64,000 bases of DNA from an uncultured Clostridia bacterium (GCA_944387555.1 CALXFH010000008.1:357-64356); one strand, 5' to 3'; positions 29,992 through 42,015 are shown, counted from the first letter of the stretch. Program-made: numbers and translations. The notes: a model not told the origin generated them from the sequence alone.

Positions 29992-32900
29992 TTATTGCTC
30001 TACATCTGCAACTTTTTCTAATTCTTTTTCTGTATTAATATGAATATTTTGATATTTCTTCATACCAGTTCCTGCTGGGATTAATTTACCAATGATAACA
30101 TTTTCTTTTAATCCTACTAAGTCATCTACTTTACCTTTTACAGCTGCATCTGTTAATACTCTTGTTGTCTCTTGGAATGATGCTGCTGATAAGAAGCTGT
30201 CTGTTGCAAGAGAAGCTTTAGTAATACCAAGTAATACTCTCTTACCTGTAGCAGGACGTTTTCCTTGAGCAATTATTTCTTTGTTCTTATCTTCAAATTC
30301 ATACATATCAATTAATTCACCAGGGAACATGTCTGTATCTGCGTTATCTTCAACTCTAACTTTCTTAAGCATTTGTCTTCCGATAACTTCGATATGTTTA
30401 TCATTTATATCAACACCTTGGTTTCTATAAACTTTTTGTACTTCTGAGATTAAGTATTCATATACTCCTTCTGGTCCTTTTATTTCTAGTATATCTGATG
30501 GATTCTTTGAACCTTCAATAAATGCATCTCCAGCTTCAACCATATCTCCATCTTTTACTTTCATCTTAGAACCAAATGGTATTGTATAAGTTCTTGAATC
30601 ATCTTTTGAAGTAACAATAACTTCTTTTTTCTTCTTAGTTTCTTTAATCTTAACTTTACCATCTATTTCAGAAATTATTGCAACTCCTTTTGGTTTTCTT
30701 GCTTCAAATAATTCTTCAACTCTAGGAAGACCTTGAGTAATATCTGCAACACCTGCAACACCTCCTGAGTGGATAGTTCTCATTGTAAGCTGTGTACCAG
30801 GCTCGCCAATTGATTGAGCTGCGATAATACCAACAGATTCACCAATTGATACTAAATCTCTTCTAGCTAATCCCATTCCATAACATTTTTGACATACACC
30901 ACGTTTAGAATGACATCCAAGAACTGAACGTACTTTTAATTTATCTATTCCAGCAGCTACTATATCTTCAGCAATTTTCTCAGTAATCATAGTATCTGTA
31001 TCTACTATTAATTCCTTAGTTTCTGGATTATAAACATTTTCTAATGGATATCTTCCTATTAATCTTTCTTCCATTTTCTCGATTATTTGATTTCCATCTT
31101 TAATATCATAAACTGTAATTCCTTCAGTAGTTCCACAATCATGTTCTCTAACTATAATATCTTGTGAAACATCAACTAATCTTCTTGTTAAGTATCCAGA
31201 GTCAGCTGTTCTTAAAGCTGTATCTGAAAGTCCTTTACGAGCACCATGGGCTGAAATGAAGTACTCTAATGCGTCTAGACCTTCTGCAAATGATGATTTA
31301 ATTGGAATTTCAACCGCTTTACCTGTAGTACTTGCCATAAGTCCACGCATACCTGCAATTTGACGTAATTGGTTCATATTACCACGGGCTCCAGATTTAA
31401 CCATCATATATATTGGGTTTAACTCATCAAAGTTTTCTTCCATTGCATTACTTACTTTATTAGTTGTATCTTCCCAAATATTAATAACAGCATTATATCT
31501 TTCATCATCTGTTATTAAACCACGTACATATTGTTTTCTTATATTCTCAACTTTTTCATCAGCTTCTTTTAATAGAGCTTCTTTAGCTTCTGGTACCTTA
31601 ACATCATCCATTGAGAATGTAATACCTGCTAAAGTTGAATATTTAAATCCTAAAGCTTTAATATAATCTATTACTTCTGCTGATTCAATTAGTCCATGTA
31701 CTCTAATAACTTTTTCTATAATTGTTCCCATTGATTTTTTCATAACAGGGAAACTAATTTCATATTGGAATGGATCTTCTTTTCTATCAATAAATCCTAA
31801 ATCTTGAGGTATTCCTTGGTTAAAGATAATTCTTCCAACACTTGTTTCTACTCTCTTAGATTTTACTTCTCCATCTATTTCCTTTGTTATTCTAACATTT
31901 ATTTTAGCATGAATCCCAACTTCATGGTTTTCATAGGCCATAATAGCTTCTTCTGGATCTTTAAAGTATTTTCCTTCACCTTTTTCACCATCTAGTACCA
32001 TTGTTAAATAATAAGATCCTAAAATCATATCTAGTCTAGGTACAGCAACTGGTTTACCATCTTGTGGTTTTAGTAAGTTGTTTGTTGAAAGCATTAAATA
32101 TCTTGACTCTGCTTGTGCTTCTGGTGATAATGGTAAATGAACTGCCATTTGGTCACCGTCGAAGTCAGCATTGAACGCTTCACAAACTAATGGGTGAAGT
32201 TTTATTGCTCTTCCTTCTACCAATACTGGCTCAAAACTTTGAATACCAAGTCTATGTAGTGTAGGAGCACGGTTTAACATTACAGGATGGTCTTTAATAA
32301 CTTCTTCTAATATTCCCCATACTTCTGGTCTTAATCTTTCTACCATTCTTTTTGCATTTTTAATATTTTGAGCAATTCCACGACCTACTAATTCTTTCAT
32401 TACGAAAGGCTTAAATAATTCAACTGCCATTTCTTTTGGAAGTCCACATTGATAAATCTTAAGTTCTGGTCCTACAACTATAACAGAACGTCCAGAATAG
32501 TCAACACGTTTTCCAAGTAAGTTTTGACGGAAACGTCCTTGTTTTCCTTTTAATAAATCTGATAAAGATTTTAAAGGTCTATTTCCAGCTCCTGTAACTG
32601 GTCTTCCACGTCTTCCATTATCAATTAGGGCATCTACTGACTCTTGAAGCATTCTTTTTTCATTACGTACAATTATTTCAGGTGCTCCTAATTCTAATAA
32701 TCTTTTTAAACGGTTATTTCTGTTTATAACTCTTCTATATAAATCATTTAAGTCTGATGTTGCAAATCTACCACCATCTAATTGCACCATTGGTCTTAAT
32801 TCTGGTGGAATTACTGGTACAACATTCATTACCATCCATTCAGGCTTATTTCCTGAGATTCTAAATGATTCTACTGTGTCTAATCTTTTTACTAATTTTC

Positions 32901-33513
32901 CTCTTCTTTGTTCACTTGCTGTCTCTAATTCTTTTTTAATTTCTTCTGATAATTTTTCAACATCAACTTGTTCTAATAATTCTCTTATTGCTTCTGCTCC
33001 CATTTTAGCTTTAAAAGAACCTTTACCATATTTCTCCTCTGCTTCATGGTATTCTTTTTCATTTAATATTTGGCATTTTTCTAAATTTGTTGAACCTTTA
33101 TCAATAACTACATATGAAGCAAAATATATAACTCTTTCTAGATTTCTTGGTGAAATATCTAGAACTAAAGAAATTCTACTTGGAATTCCTTTAAAATACC
33201 AAATATGTGCAACAGGTGCTGCAAGCTCAATATGTCCCATTCTTTCACGTCTAACTTTTGATTTTGTAACTTCTACACCACATCTGTCACAAACAATACC
33301 TTTATATCTTACCCTTTTATATTTACCACAATGACATTCCCAGTCTTTAACTGGTCCAAATATTCTCTCACAAAATAGACCATCTTTTTCTGGTTTTAAT
33401 GTTCTATAGTTAATAGTCTCTGGTTTTTTTACTTCACCTTTTGACCATTCTCTTATTTTTTCATCTGATGCTATTCCAATTTTTAACTTATTAAAAGTAT
33501 TTAATTCGTCCAC
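29992..33513 (-). CDS. rpoC: DNA-directed RNA polymerase subunit beta'
   Basis: 1173 aa with a GTG start, NADFDGD catalytic motif and zinc-binding cysteines. Confidence 0.98.
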   Translation of the reverse strand: MDELNTFNKLKIGIASDEKIREWSKGEVKKPETINYRTLKPEKDGLFCERIFGPVKDWECHCGKYKRVRYKGIVCDRCGVEVTKSKVRRERMGHIELAAPVAHIWYFKGIPSRISLVLDISPRNLERVIYFASYVVIDKGSTNLEKCQILNEKEYHEAEEKYGKGSFKAKMGAEAIRELLEQVDVEKLSEEIKKELETASEQRRGKLVKRLDTVESFRISGNKPEWMVMNVVPVIPPELRPMVQLDGGRFATSDLNDLYRRVINRNNRLKRLLELGAPEIIVRNEKRMLQESVDALIDNGRRGRPVTGAGNRPLKSLSDLLKGKQGRFRQNLLGKRVDYSGRSVIVVGPELKIYQCGLPKEMAVELFKPFVMKELVGRGIAQNIKNAKRMVERLRPEVWGILEEVIKDHPVMLNRAPTLHRLGIQSFEPVLVEGRAIKLHPLVCEAFNADFDGDQMAVHLPLSPEAQAESRYLMLSTNNLLKPQDGKPVAVPRLDMILGSYYLTMVLDGEKGEGKYFKDPEEAIMAYENHEVGIHAKINVRITKEIDGEVKSKRVETSVGRIIFNQGIPQDLGFIDRKEDPFQYEISFPVMKKSMGTIIEKVIRVHGLIESAEVIDYIKALGFKYSTLAGITFSMDDVKVPEAKEALLKEADEKVENIRKQYVRGLITDDERYNAVINIWEDTTNKVSNAMEENFDELNPIYMMVKSGARGNMNQLRQIAGMRGLMASTTGKAVEIPIKSSFAEGLDALEYFISAHGARKGLSDTALRTADSGYLTRRLVDVSQDIIVREHDCGTTEGITVYDIKDGNQIIEKMEERLIGRYPLENVYNPETKELIVDTDTMITEKIAEDIVAAGIDKLKVRSVLGCHSKRGVCQKCYGMGLARRDLVSIGESVGIIAAQSIGEPGTQLTMRTIHSGGVAGVADITQGLPRVEELFEARKPKGVAIISEIDGKVKIKETKKKKEVIVTSKDDSRTYTIPFGSKMKVKDGDMVEAGDAFIEGSKNPSDILEIKGPEGVYEYLISEVQKVYRNQGVDINDKHIEVIGRQMLKKVRVEDNADTDMFPGELIDMYEFEDKNKEIIAQGKRPATGKRVLLGITKASLATDSFLSAASFQETTRVLTDAAVKGKVDDLVGLKENVIIGKLIPAGTGMKKYQNIHINTEKELEKVADVEQ

Positions 33514-33683
33514 TCTTCTCTTTTTCCCCCTTCTTTGTCTTTAAAGACTTTATTTTTATTTGGGTAATTCTAAAACAGGTAAAGAAGACTATCCCCCGCT
33601 CTTGCAAACTAAAATGTCGCTTCTTTCCTTTTTAGAATTTATTCAGTTATTGTGGCTGTTAAGCTTTAGCTATTACAGCCTCA

Positions 33684-33718
33684 GTATACAAATTTAAGTT
33701 TATCTTAAATTTGTATAC
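33684..33718 (-). promoter_or_regulatory. perfect 15-bp hairpin immediately downstream of rpoB, in the rpoB-rpoC spacer
   Basis: gtatacaaatttaag-(5-nt loop)-cttaaatttgtatac, with no U-run after it. Confidence 0.45.
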
Positions 33719-33730
33719 CTTATATTGCTA

Positions 33731-36700
33731 TTATTCGATATTATCATCATCATTATCTAGATTATCATTTGCTAAGTCATTTCCGTATAGTAACTCTTCA
33801 CCATCGTCGCCTAAATCTTCAAATAGTTCATCCCTATCATCGTCTTCATCCATATTTTCTTCTTCATCATTTGGTAAATCATCATCATCTGTTTCTTCAG
33901 AATATCCGTCTTTTAAATCTCCCTCAGTAACAACTTCATCTTCTGAAAGTATTTTTCCATCTCTACTTGGATCATATTCTATACCATCATCTACATCTTC
34001 TTTTAATTCTAATTCTTTATTATCTTCAGAATATAGACGAACATCTAATCCTAAAGATTGAAGCTCTTTTACTAAAACTTTGAAGCTTTCTGGAACTCCT
34101 GGTTCAGGAATATTTTCACCTTTAACAATAGCTTCATATGTATTAACACGTCCTACAACATCATCTGATTTTACTGTTAACATTTCTTGTAATGTGTATG
34201 CTGCACCATATGCCTCTAATGCCCAAACTTCCATTTCTCCAAAACGTTGTCCACCAAATTGTGCTTTTCCTCCAAGAGGTTGTTGAGTTACTAATGAGTA
34301 TGGTCCAGTTGAACGAGCATGTATTTTATCATCTACTAAGTGATGTAGTTTTAGCATATACATAACACCAACTGTAATTGGCTTATCAAATGGTTCTCCT
34401 GTTCTTCCATCATAAAGAATTGTTTTTCCATCTTCACTCATTCCGGCTTTTTTTAGTAATTCTTTTACATCGTCTTCATTTGCCCCATCAAATACTGGTG
34501 TTGAAACTTTCCATCCTAAAGCTTTTGCAGCTCCTCCCAAGTGTACTTCTAGAACTTGACCCAAGTTCATACGAGAAGGAACACCTAGTGGGTTTAGTAA
34601 AATATCTATTGGTGTACCATCTGGCATAAATGGCATATCTTCCTCTGGTAGTACTCTTGAAATAACACCTTTGTTACCATGACGTCCTGCCATTTTATCT
34701 CCAACTGATATTTTTCTTTTTGTTGCTATATAACATCTAATTATTTGATTTACTCCAGGTCCTAATTCATCTGAATTATCTCTTGTAAATATTTTAACAT
34801 CTACAACTGTTCCTTGTTCTCCATGTGGTACTCTTAAAGAAGTATCTCTTACTTCTCTTGCTTTTTCACCAAAAATAGCACGAAGTAATCTCTCTTCTGC
34901 TGTTAGTTCTGTTTCTCCTTTTGGAGTAACTTTTCCAACTAATATATCTCCTGGTCTTACTTCTGCACCAATTCTTATAATTCCGTTTTCATCTAAGTCT
35001 TTTAATGAATCATCACCAATGTTTGGAATATCACGTGTAATTTCTTCTGCTCCAAGTTTAGTATCACGGCATTCACAATCATATTCTTCTATATGAATTG
35101 ATGTAAATACATCATCTTTAACTAATCTCTCATTTATAAGAATAGCATCCTCGTAGTTATAACCTTCCCAAGTAGAAAATGCTACTAATACGTTTTTACC
35201 AAGTGACATTTCTCCATTAGATGTTGCTGATCCATCTGCTATGCTATCTCCTTTTTTAACTTTTTCACCTTTTTTAACAATTGGTTTTTGATTAATACAA
35301 GTTCCACCGTTAGTTCTTTTGAACTTACGCAATTTATGAACTACAGTTTTTCCATTTTTATATTTTACAGTAATACTACTTCCTGTTACTTTTTCAACAA
35401 CTCCATCATCTTCTGCTAATACTAATATTCCTGAATCTTTTGCTGCTCTATATTCAATTCCTGTTCCAACTATTGGACTTTCTGTTGTCATAAGAGGCAC
35501 TGCTTGACGTTGCATGTTAGCCCCCATAAGAGCTCTTTTTGCATCATCATGCTCTAAGAATGGAATCATAGCAGCTGCAACTGATACTAATTGTTTTGGT
35601 GATACATCTACATATTGTACTTTATCACTATCAACTTCTATTATTTCATTTCTTCTTCTTACTCTTACTCTCTTATTTACAAAATGTCCATCTTTGTCAA
35701 CTGGCTCTGATGCTTGAGCTATTATATAATTATCTTCTACATCTGCACTCATATATTCTACTTCATCTGTTAATTTATGAGTTTCAGGATCTACTTTTCT
35801 ATAAGGTGTTTCAATAAATCCATATTCATTAATTTGTGCAAAACATGAAAGTGCTGATATAAGTCCGATGTTTGGTCCTTCTGGAGACTCAATTGGACAT
35901 AATCTTCCATAGTGTGTATAGTGAACATCACGTACTTCGAATCCTGCTCTTTCCCTTGTTAATCCTCCTGGTCCTAATGCTGAAATTCTTCTTTTATGTG
36001 TTAATTCTGATAATGGGTTTGTTTGATCCATGAATTGTGACAATTGTGAACTTCCAAAGAATTCTCTTATTGCTGATGTAATAGGTTTTGTATTAATTAA
36101 TGTTTGTGGTGTCACTACATCTAAATCTTGTATTGTCATTCTTTCACGAACAACTCTTTCTAATCTTGCTAAACCAATTCTAAATTGATTTTGTAATAAT
36201 TCTCCAACACAACGAATTCTACGGTTTGCTAAATGGTCTATATCATCAGCTGTTCCTAATCCATGAGAAAGGTTAAATAAGAAGTTTACAGATGATAACA
36301 TATCTTCTGTTGTAATATGTTTTGGTACTAATTCATCCATTCTTTCTTCTATTGTTTTAACTAAATCTTTCTCATCTGTATTCTCTATAATATTTTGTAA
36401 AACATTATAATTAACATTTTCCTTAATATGTAATTTACTTAAATCTACTGTTGGTAATACTTTATGGATATCTACTGTACCATTTCCTATAATTCTTATT
36501 TTCTTATCCATAAACATTATATCTACTGTATTTATACCAGAGTTTTGGATGTTTTCTGCAACTTCATCGCTTATTGTTTCTCCAGCTTGAACAAAAACTT
36601 CTCCTGTTTCGCTGTCTACTACATCTGCCCCCGCTACTTTTCCTTTTATTCTTGTTGCTAAAGATAATTTTTGATTAAATTTATATCTACCAACTTTTGC

Positions 36701-37504
36701 TAGATCATATCTCTTATTATCAAAGAATAATCCATTAAACAAGTTTCTTGCAGCATCAACAGTTGGAAGTTCTCCTGGTCTTAATTTCTTATAGATTTCT
36801 ATTAATGCTTCATCTTGGTCTTTTATTGTGTCTTTACTAAGTGTTGTTTTTAACATTTCTTCGTCACCAAAGAAATCTAGCATTTGGCTATCTGTTGCTA
36901 ATCCTATTGCTCTTAATAATGTAGTAATAGGAACTTTTCTTGTTCTATCAACACGTACCCAGAAAATATCATTTCCATCTGTTTCATATTCAAGCCATGC
37001 ACCTCTTAAAGGCATAACTGTAGATGTATATGTTTTCTTTCCTGTTTTTGTATCAAATTCTTCTCCATAGTAACATCCTGGTGAACGTACTAACTGACTT
37101 ACTACAACTCTTTCTGCCCCATTTATTATAAATGTTCCACTATCTGTCATAAGTGGGAAATCACCTAAATAAATTTCTTGCTCTTTAATTTCACCTGTTT
37201 CACGGTTAATTAGTCTTACTTTTACATGTAATCTTGCAGAATATGTTGCATCTCTTTCTTTTGCTTCTTCTACTGAATATTTTGTTTTGTCTTCCATGTA
37301 GTAATCGAAAAATTCAAGAACTAAATTTCCAGAATAGTCTTCAATTGGTGAAATATCTCTTAATACTTCTCCAAGTCCTTCTTTTATAAAATGATCATAT
37401 GAATCTTTTTGGACTTTGATAAGATTAGGCATTTCAATGAAATCACCAACTTTTGCGAAATCCTTACGAGAAGATTTCTCGTGCTTAATTTCTCTTATTT
37501 TCAA
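33731..37504 (-). CDS. rpoB: DNA-directed RNA polymerase subunit beta, with a long acidic C-terminal tail
   Basis: RpoB-like over its full length. Likely TTG start at 37504, 5 nt after the GAGGTGA SD. The last ~90 aa are D/E/N-rich. Confidence 0.98.
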   Translation of the reverse strand: MKIREIKHEKSSRKDFAKVGDFIEMPNLIKVQKDSYDHFIKEGLGEVLRDISPIEDYSGNLVLEFFDYYMEDKTKYSVEEAKERDATYSARLHVKVRLINRETGEIKEQEIYLGDFPLMTDSGTFIINGAERVVVSQLVRSPGCYYGEEFDTKTGKKTYTSTVMPLRGAWLEYETDGNDIFWVRVDRTRKVPITTLLRAIGLATDSQMLDFFGDEEMLKTTLSKDTIKDQDEALIEIYKKLRPGELPTVDAARNLFNGLFFDNKRYDLAKVGRYKFNQKLSLATRIKGKVAGADVVDSETGEVFVQAGETISDEVAENIQNSGINTVDIMFMDKKIRIIGNGTVDIHKVLPTVDLSKLHIKENVNYNVLQNIIENTDEKDLVKTIEERMDELVPKHITTEDMLSSVNFLFNLSHGLGTADDIDHLANRRIRCVGELLQNQFRIGLARLERVVRERMTIQDLDVVTPQTLINTKPITSAIREFFGSSQLSQFMDQTNPLSELTHKRRISALGPGGLTRERAGFEVRDVHYTHYGRLCPIESPEGPNIGLISALSCFAQINEYGFIETPYRKVDPETHKLTDEVEYMSADVEDNYIIAQASEPVDKDGHFVNKRVRVRRRNEIIEVDSDKVQYVDVSPKQLVSVAAAMIPFLEHDDAKRALMGANMQRQAVPLMTTESPIVGTGIEYRAAKDSGILVLAEDDGVVEKVTGSSITVKYKNGKTVVHKLRKFKRTNGGTCINQKPIVKKGEKVKKGDSIADGSATSNGEMSLGKNVLVAFSTWEGYNYEDAILINERLVKDDVFTSIHIEEYDCECRDTKLGAEEITRDIPNIGDDSLKDLDENGIIRIGAEVRPGDILVGKVTPKGETELTAEERLLRAIFGEKAREVRDTSLRVPHGEQGTVVDVKIFTRDNSDELGPGVNQIIRCYIATKRKISVGDKMAGRHGNKGVISRVLPEEDMPFMPDGTPIDILLNPLGVPSRMNLGQVLEVHLGGAAKALGWKVSTPVFDGANEDDVKELLKKAGMSEDGKTILYDGRTGEPFDKPITVGVMYMLKLHHLVDDKIHARSTGPYSLVTQQPLGGKAQFGGQRFGEMEVWALEAYGAAYTLQEMLTVKSDDVVGRVNTYEAIVKGENIPEPGVPESFKVLVKELQSLGLDVRLYSEDNKELELKEDVDDGIEYDPSRDGKILSEDEVVTEGDLKDGYSEETDDDDLPNDEEENMDEDDDRDELFEDLGDDGEELLYGNDLANDNLDNDDDNIE

Positions 37505-37586
37505 AAAAATCACCTCATAAAATAATTTTAAGCAGAAAAAATATATTTGATTAAAAGAAGTCCTTCTCAGAATTCAAATTGCTTGT

Positions 37587-37629
37587 CTAAGTTTTAAGCC
37601 TGCCTGCTCTTTCAGTCTTAAAAGCTTAG
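37587..37629 (-). promoter_or_regulatory. strong hairpin in the rpoB 5' leader
   Basis: ctaagcttttaagactg-aaagag-caggcttaaaacttag on the minus strand. About 15 bp, with one bulge and one mismatch. Confidence 0.4.
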
Positions 37630-37871
37630 GGCTCTTTGAATTTGATTCCTCTTCCTTTAATTTTAAACTTTAGAATAAAAATTTTGAATGGATTTTTGAA
37701 GTTATGTTTCCTTTAAAAATAGCAACAAAAAAGCAATCGAAAAAATCTTGTTTTTTCAACTCCTTTTGCCTTATTTTATTAGGTTTTAACTAATACTTTC
37801 TCTTTCTATTTTAACCACCCTATCTAATAATTTTGGGTATAAAAATCCATTTTTAGTAAATTCTCCTAAAT

Positions 37872-37900
37872 AGTTTACCACAAATAAAAGCACAAGTCAA
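37872..37900 (-). promoter_or_regulatory. candidate sigma-A promoter of rpoBC
   Basis: Minus strand reads TTGACT, 17 nt, TAAACT, with an extended -10 TG. Implies a ~360-nt leader. Confidence 0.45.
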
Positions 37901-38100
37901 CTGTTTCCGTAAGTTTTTTTAGTTTTTGAGCATAAAAATGTTTCTGTTCAGACTTGAAGTATTTTTCTTATGAAAATCTAATTTAAGGTTCTTTAATAAA
38001 ATTTTAGAGATTAACCACGCTGACTAAATTAATAAATTTTATATAGTCTGAACAGTAACATAAAAATAGTTCTGAAAAATTTATATATAAAAAACTACTA

Positions 38101-38139
38101 AAATTTAAAAATATTTTTAGTAGTTTTTACATGTAATTT
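38101..38139 (-). terminator. intrinsic terminator after the AAA ATPase gene
   Basis: aaaaactactaaaa / ttttagtagttttt form a 14-bp stem with an 11-nt loop. Confidence 0.7.
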
Positions 38140-38151
38140 AAATTAAAATTT

Positions 38152-39339
38152 TTAACTAATTAACCAATTAGCAATATCTATTATTTTTACTCCTTCATAT
38201 TGATATGTGTCATGTTTTGTTCTGGCAATTAGAATTTTAGGATATGCATCCCTTATTTTTAATAAAGCATCCACTTCCCTTTTGAAAGTTTCTTCATTAC
38301 TAATATCATCTGATACTTGAATATATATTTTTTCATTTTGTTTTATTGCAACAAAATCTATTTCTTTTTTATATAATACACCTACATATACTTCATATCC
38401 TCTTCTTAATAATTCCATTGCAATTATATTTTCGTAAACTCTGCCATAATTTATATTTTTAGTTCCCAATTTTGCATATTTAAATCCTTGGTCAACTAAA
38501 TAATATTTATCTTGTGAAGATAAATACCTTTTTCCTTGTATATCATATCTTCTGACATTATAATATAGAAAAGCATTACACAAATATTTAATATAACTAG
38601 CAATTGTTTTATGACTTATGATGTTACCATTTGCTCTAAATTCTTTTTCTATATTCCTTGTAGTAGTAATATTCGATATATTATCCATTAGAAAATCATT
38701 TAAATTTTCTAGTAAATCTCTATTTTTTATTTTATATCTACTCACAATATCTCTAACTATCAAAGTATTATATACTTCTGATATGTAATTATATTTATCT
38801 TCATTTTCCTTATATAAATATGAACCTGCCATTCCTCCTTCTAATACATATTTATCAAATGCTTCATCTATATCAGTATACTCATAATATTTTAAGAATT
38901 CCTTAAAAGAAAATGGATATATTTTTACTTCAAAGGTTCTACCTGTAAACAATGTTGCTAAATCACTACTTAATAAGAAAGCATTTGAGCCAGTTATATA
39001 AATATCATATTTTTCTAACGCGTGTAAATTATTTATTGTTTTTTCAAAATCTTCACATAATTGTATTTCATCTATACAAACAAAATTGTTTTTTCCTTTA
39101 ATATAATGGTCTTCCACGTAATTATTTAAAGCTTTATAGTTTCTTAAATTTTCAAACTCTAACAAATTAAAATTTACACTTATTATATTAGAATTTTCTA
39201 TATTTTCTCTGACATAATCTTTGAATGCTTCCAAAAGTTTGGATTTACCACAACGTCTAACTCCAGTTATTACTTTTATATCAGGTGTTCCCATTACATT
39301 TATTAACTTCTGTAAATACTCTCTTTCTATAAGTTTCAT
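38152..39339 (-). CDS. AAA-family ATPase with DUF4143-like C-terminal region (COG1373-type)
   Basis: P-loop GVRRCGKS and Walker B VCIDEIQ. ATG 39339 lies 5 nt after GAGGTGA. Confidence 0.85.
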   Translation of the reverse strand: MKLIEREYLQKLINVMGTPDIKVITGVRRCGKSKLLEAFKDYVRENIENSNIISVNFNLLEFENLRNYKALNNYVEDHYIKGKNNFVCIDEIQLCEDFEKTINNLHALEKYDIYITGSNAFLLSSDLATLFTGRTFEVKIYPFSFKEFLKYYEYTDIDEAFDKYVLEGGMAGSYLYKENEDKYNYISEVYNTLIVRDIVSRYKIKNRDLLENLNDFLMDNISNITTTRNIEKEFRANGNIISHKTIASYIKYLCNAFLYYNVRRYDIQGKRYLSSQDKYYLVDQGFKYAKLGTKNINYGRVYENIIAMELLRRGYEVYVGVLYKKEIDFVAIKQNEKIYIQVSDDISNEETFKREVDALLKIRDAYPKILIARTKHDTYQYEGVKIIDIANWLIS

Positions 39340-39371
39340 TTTTATCACCTCTAGTTATTTATAGTATTTAA

Positions 39372-39400
39372 ATTATATCACATTTATTACCCAAAATCAA
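39372..39400 (-). promoter_or_regulatory. candidate sigma-A promoter of the AAA ATPase gene
   Basis: Minus strand reads TTGATT, 17 nt, TATAAT (extended TGtgaTATAAT). The -35 overlaps hairpin repeat 1. Confidence 0.5.
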
Positions 39401-39472
39401 TATTTTTTCATTTTTGGGTAATAAAAACGCAAAACCAGTACCCAAAATTGAATATTTTTTATTTTTAGGTAC
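39387..39472. repeat. two tandem 35-nt hairpin repeats
   Basis: ttacccaaaatcaatattttttcatttttgggtaa at 39387-39421 and gtacccaaaattgaatattttttatttttaggtac at 39438-39472. Each unit is an inverted repeat around a 14-nt loop. Confidence 0.7.
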
Positions 39473-39511
39473 TGATTATCTTTAAATTCTATTATTTTAT
39501 AATTTTATTTA

Positions 39512-40675
39512 TTATTCTTGAATTGTCTTTTTCTCTTCACTTGCTTTTTTCATTTTTTTAACTGCTAATCTATAATCCACAAAATCTTCTATAAGTATTT
39601 TTATAATAGCAATAACAGGAACAGCTAAAAACATACCAAGAATTCCAAAATAAGCTCCGCCTATTGTTACTGCTAAAATTACTAATATTGGACTTATCTT
39701 TAATGATTTTCCAACAATTTTTGGATTAATGATATTTGCATCGATTTGTTGTAAAATAATTACTACAATAAGCATCCAAATAGCTTGTGAAAGTCCACCT
39801 GTAATTAAAGTAATAATAGCTGAAATACCTACGGCAATAATAGCTCCGACAAATGGTATCATATTAAATAATCCAATAAAGAAACCAAGAAGTGGCGCAT
39901 ATTTGATTCCCATAATGCTCATTGCAATTGTAACTAAAATTCCCACAACTACTGCATCTAAAAACTGACTTGCAATAAATTTAAAGAATATTTCATTAGA
40001 ATGTTTATAATATTTATCAATATTTTTATATGTTCTTTCTTTAAATATAGCTTCTGCTAACCTCTTTACAAAAGTTAAAATCTTTCCTCTTTCTGCTAAA
40101 ACATAAACAGAAACGATTACAGCAACAAAGACATCTACAATTCCAGTAACAGCGCTTATTGCACTTGATATGTATTCCATTACCCTATCAAAGTTAAAAT
40201 ATTCTCTTAAATCAACATGCTGAATACTATCTATAAAATCATTTACTTGTTCACTTTTTAAAATAGAATCTTGTGGCAAACTATTATACCTATCTATTGC
40301 CATTTCATAATAACTTTGTATGTTACTTACAAAATCTGTTACACTATCCCACACTACAGGGAAAATAAAACTAACCAAAATAACTATAATTGCTACAATT
40401 ATTAAATAAACTGTAATAATACTAAAAGTTCTTGCTTTTCTTTTAATAAATTTTATCTTACTTTTTCTGTAGAAAGTTTCAAACTTTCTACAAGGCATAT
40501 ACAATATGTATGCAATAAAAATACCAACAAAAAATGGTGCAATAACACTTAAAAAGTTACCAATAACACCTGTTACAGCTGTAAAATTATCTAAGCATTT
40601 ATAAATAATAATAAGTGCTAATCCAAGTAAAAACCAATAACTACATTTTCTTATTTTTTCTTTTTTATTTTCCAT
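39512..40675 (-). CDS. AI-2E family transporter (PerM/UPF0118)
   Basis: 387-aa polytopic membrane protein with AI-2E-like helix layout. Confidence 0.85.
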   Translation of the reverse strand: MENKKEKIRKCSYWFLLGLALIIIYKCLDNFTAVTGVIGNFLSVIAPFFVGIFIAYILYMPCRKFETFYRKSKIKFIKRKARTFSIITVYLIIVAIIVILVSFIFPVVWDSVTDFVSNIQSYYEMAIDRYNSLPQDSILKSEQVNDFIDSIQHVDLREYFNFDRVMEYISSAISAVTGIVDVFVAVIVSVYVLAERGKILTFVKRLAEAIFKERTYKNIDKYYKHSNEIFFKFIASQFLDAVVVGILVTIAMSIMGIKYAPLLGFFIGLFNMIPFVGAIIAVGISAIITLITGGLSQAIWMLIVVIILQQIDANIINPKIVGKSLKISPILVILAVTIGGAYFGILGMFLAVPVIAIIKILIEDFVDYRLAVKKMKKASEEKKTIQE

Positions 40676-40718
40676 TCCTTTCTCCTTTAACTTAAATTTG
40701 TCATTTATTATATTTTAT

Positions 40719-41474
40719 TTATAAATCTATTTCTAATCCAACTGGACAATGGTCGCTTCCCATTACTTCTGAATATATGCTTGCTTCTTTTATTTTATCT
40801 TTTATACTTTCAGAAACTATAAAATAATCTATTCTCCATCCTACATTTTTCTCTCTTGCTTTTCTCATATAAGACCACCAACTGTATGCATTCTCTTTAT
40901 CTGGATATAAATATCTAAAAGAATCTACAAATCCTGCATTTAATAATTCTGTCATCTTATTTCTTTCTTCAATTGTAAAACCCGCATTATGTGTATTTGT
41001 TTTGGGATTTTTCAAGTCTATTTCTTTATGTGCCACATTTAAGTCTCCACACATTATAACTGGTTTTGTTTCATTTAACTTTAATAAGTATTTTCTAATT
41101 TCATCTTCCCATATTTGTCTATAATCAAGTCTTTCCAATTCTCTTTTAGAATTAGGTGTATATATATCTACTAAATAAAACTTATCAAACTCTAATGTTA
41201 TTACTCTTCCTTCTTTGTCATGTTCTTCTATTCCTATTCCATAGCTAACAGATAATGGTTTTATTTTTGTAAAAACTGCTGTTCCTGAATATCCTTTTTT
41301 CTCTGCACTATTCCAATAGCTTTCATAACCATCGTATTCTAAATCAACTTGTCCTTCTTGGCATTTTGTTTCTTGTAAACAAAATATATCTGCATTTACA
41401 CTTTTAAAAAAATCATCAAAACCTTTATTTAAACAAGCTCTTATTCCATTTACATTCCATGATACTAGTTTCAT
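40719..41474 (-). CDS. xth: exodeoxyribonuclease III
   Basis: 251 aa, MKLVSWNVNGIRA..., C-terminal SDHCPV. Confidence 0.95.
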   Translation of the reverse strand: MKLVSWNVNGIRACLNKGFDDFFKSVNADIFCLQETKCQEGQVDLEYDGYESYWNSAEKKGYSGTAVFTKIKPLSVSYGIGIEEHDKEGRVITLEFDKFYLVDIYTPNSKRELERLDYRQIWEDEIRKYLLKLNETKPVIMCGDLNVAHKEIDLKNPKTNTHNAGFTIEERNKMTELLNAGFVDSFRYLYPDKENAYSWWSYMRKAREKNVGWRIDYFIVSESIKDKIKEASIYSEVMGSDHCPVGLEIDL

Positions 41475-41489
41475 ATTATCCTCCTATTT

Positions 41490-41993
41490 TTATTTACTAA
41501 AGTTTTCTAACATATACATAAGCATTTTAAAATATATATTTACAGTTCCTGCAACTTCATCATTTTTTATCATTTTTTCTAATTCTTCTTTAGTTACCCA
41601 TTTTACATCTGCAACTTCTTCTTTTTGTAATACAACATCTTTTAAATCAACATTTTGTTTTACAAGCCATATATCAACAAAACCGTGTGTTCTTTTAAAA
41701 GAAAGCATAAACTCCATTTTTTCTTTATCAATATCTATTCCTATTTCTTCTTTTACTTCTCTTAAAGCTCCCTCTAAAGAAGTCTCTCCTGCATCTACGG
41801 CTCCACCAGTTATAGACCATTTATTAGGATATATTTTTTTACTTGGACTTCTTTTTTGAATTAGAAACTCTTTTTTATCATTCATAATCCAAACATGTAC
41901 ATACTGGCAAAATTCTCCATTTATTCTTTCATATCTTTCTGTAGTTTTATTTAAAGACTCTCTTCTTTTGTTAAATTTATCAACTAACTCCAT
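41490..41993 (-). CDS. NUDIX hydrolase
   Basis: Nudix box GGAVDAGETSLEGALREVKEEIG. Confidence 0.85.
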   Translation of the reverse strand: MELVDKFNKRRESLNKTTERYERINGEFCQYVHVWIMNDKKEFLIQKRSPSKKIYPNKWSITGGAVDAGETSLEGALREVKEEIGIDIDKEKMEFMLSFKRTHGFVDIWLVKQNVDLKDVVLQKEEVADVKWVTKEELEKMIKNDEVAGTVNIYFKMLMYMLENFSK

Positions 41994-42015
41994 ATAAGCA
42001 ACTCCTATCCCTTGT

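Noticed and set aside
33711-34061. Plus-strand Ser-rich ORF, and the many other L/F/S-rich plus-strand ORFs (for example 8204-8509, 32876-33334, 47017-47502, 58149-58406) or the minus-strand 44847-45329.
   Set aside because: All are antisense shadows of well-supported genes in AT-rich DNA. They have low-complexity translations and no SD.
37690-37790. A 29-codon TTG-initiated ORF in the rpoB leader, after an AAAGGAG.
   Set aside because: The peptide is Phe/Lys-rich, as expected from random AT-rich sequence. There is no supporting context.
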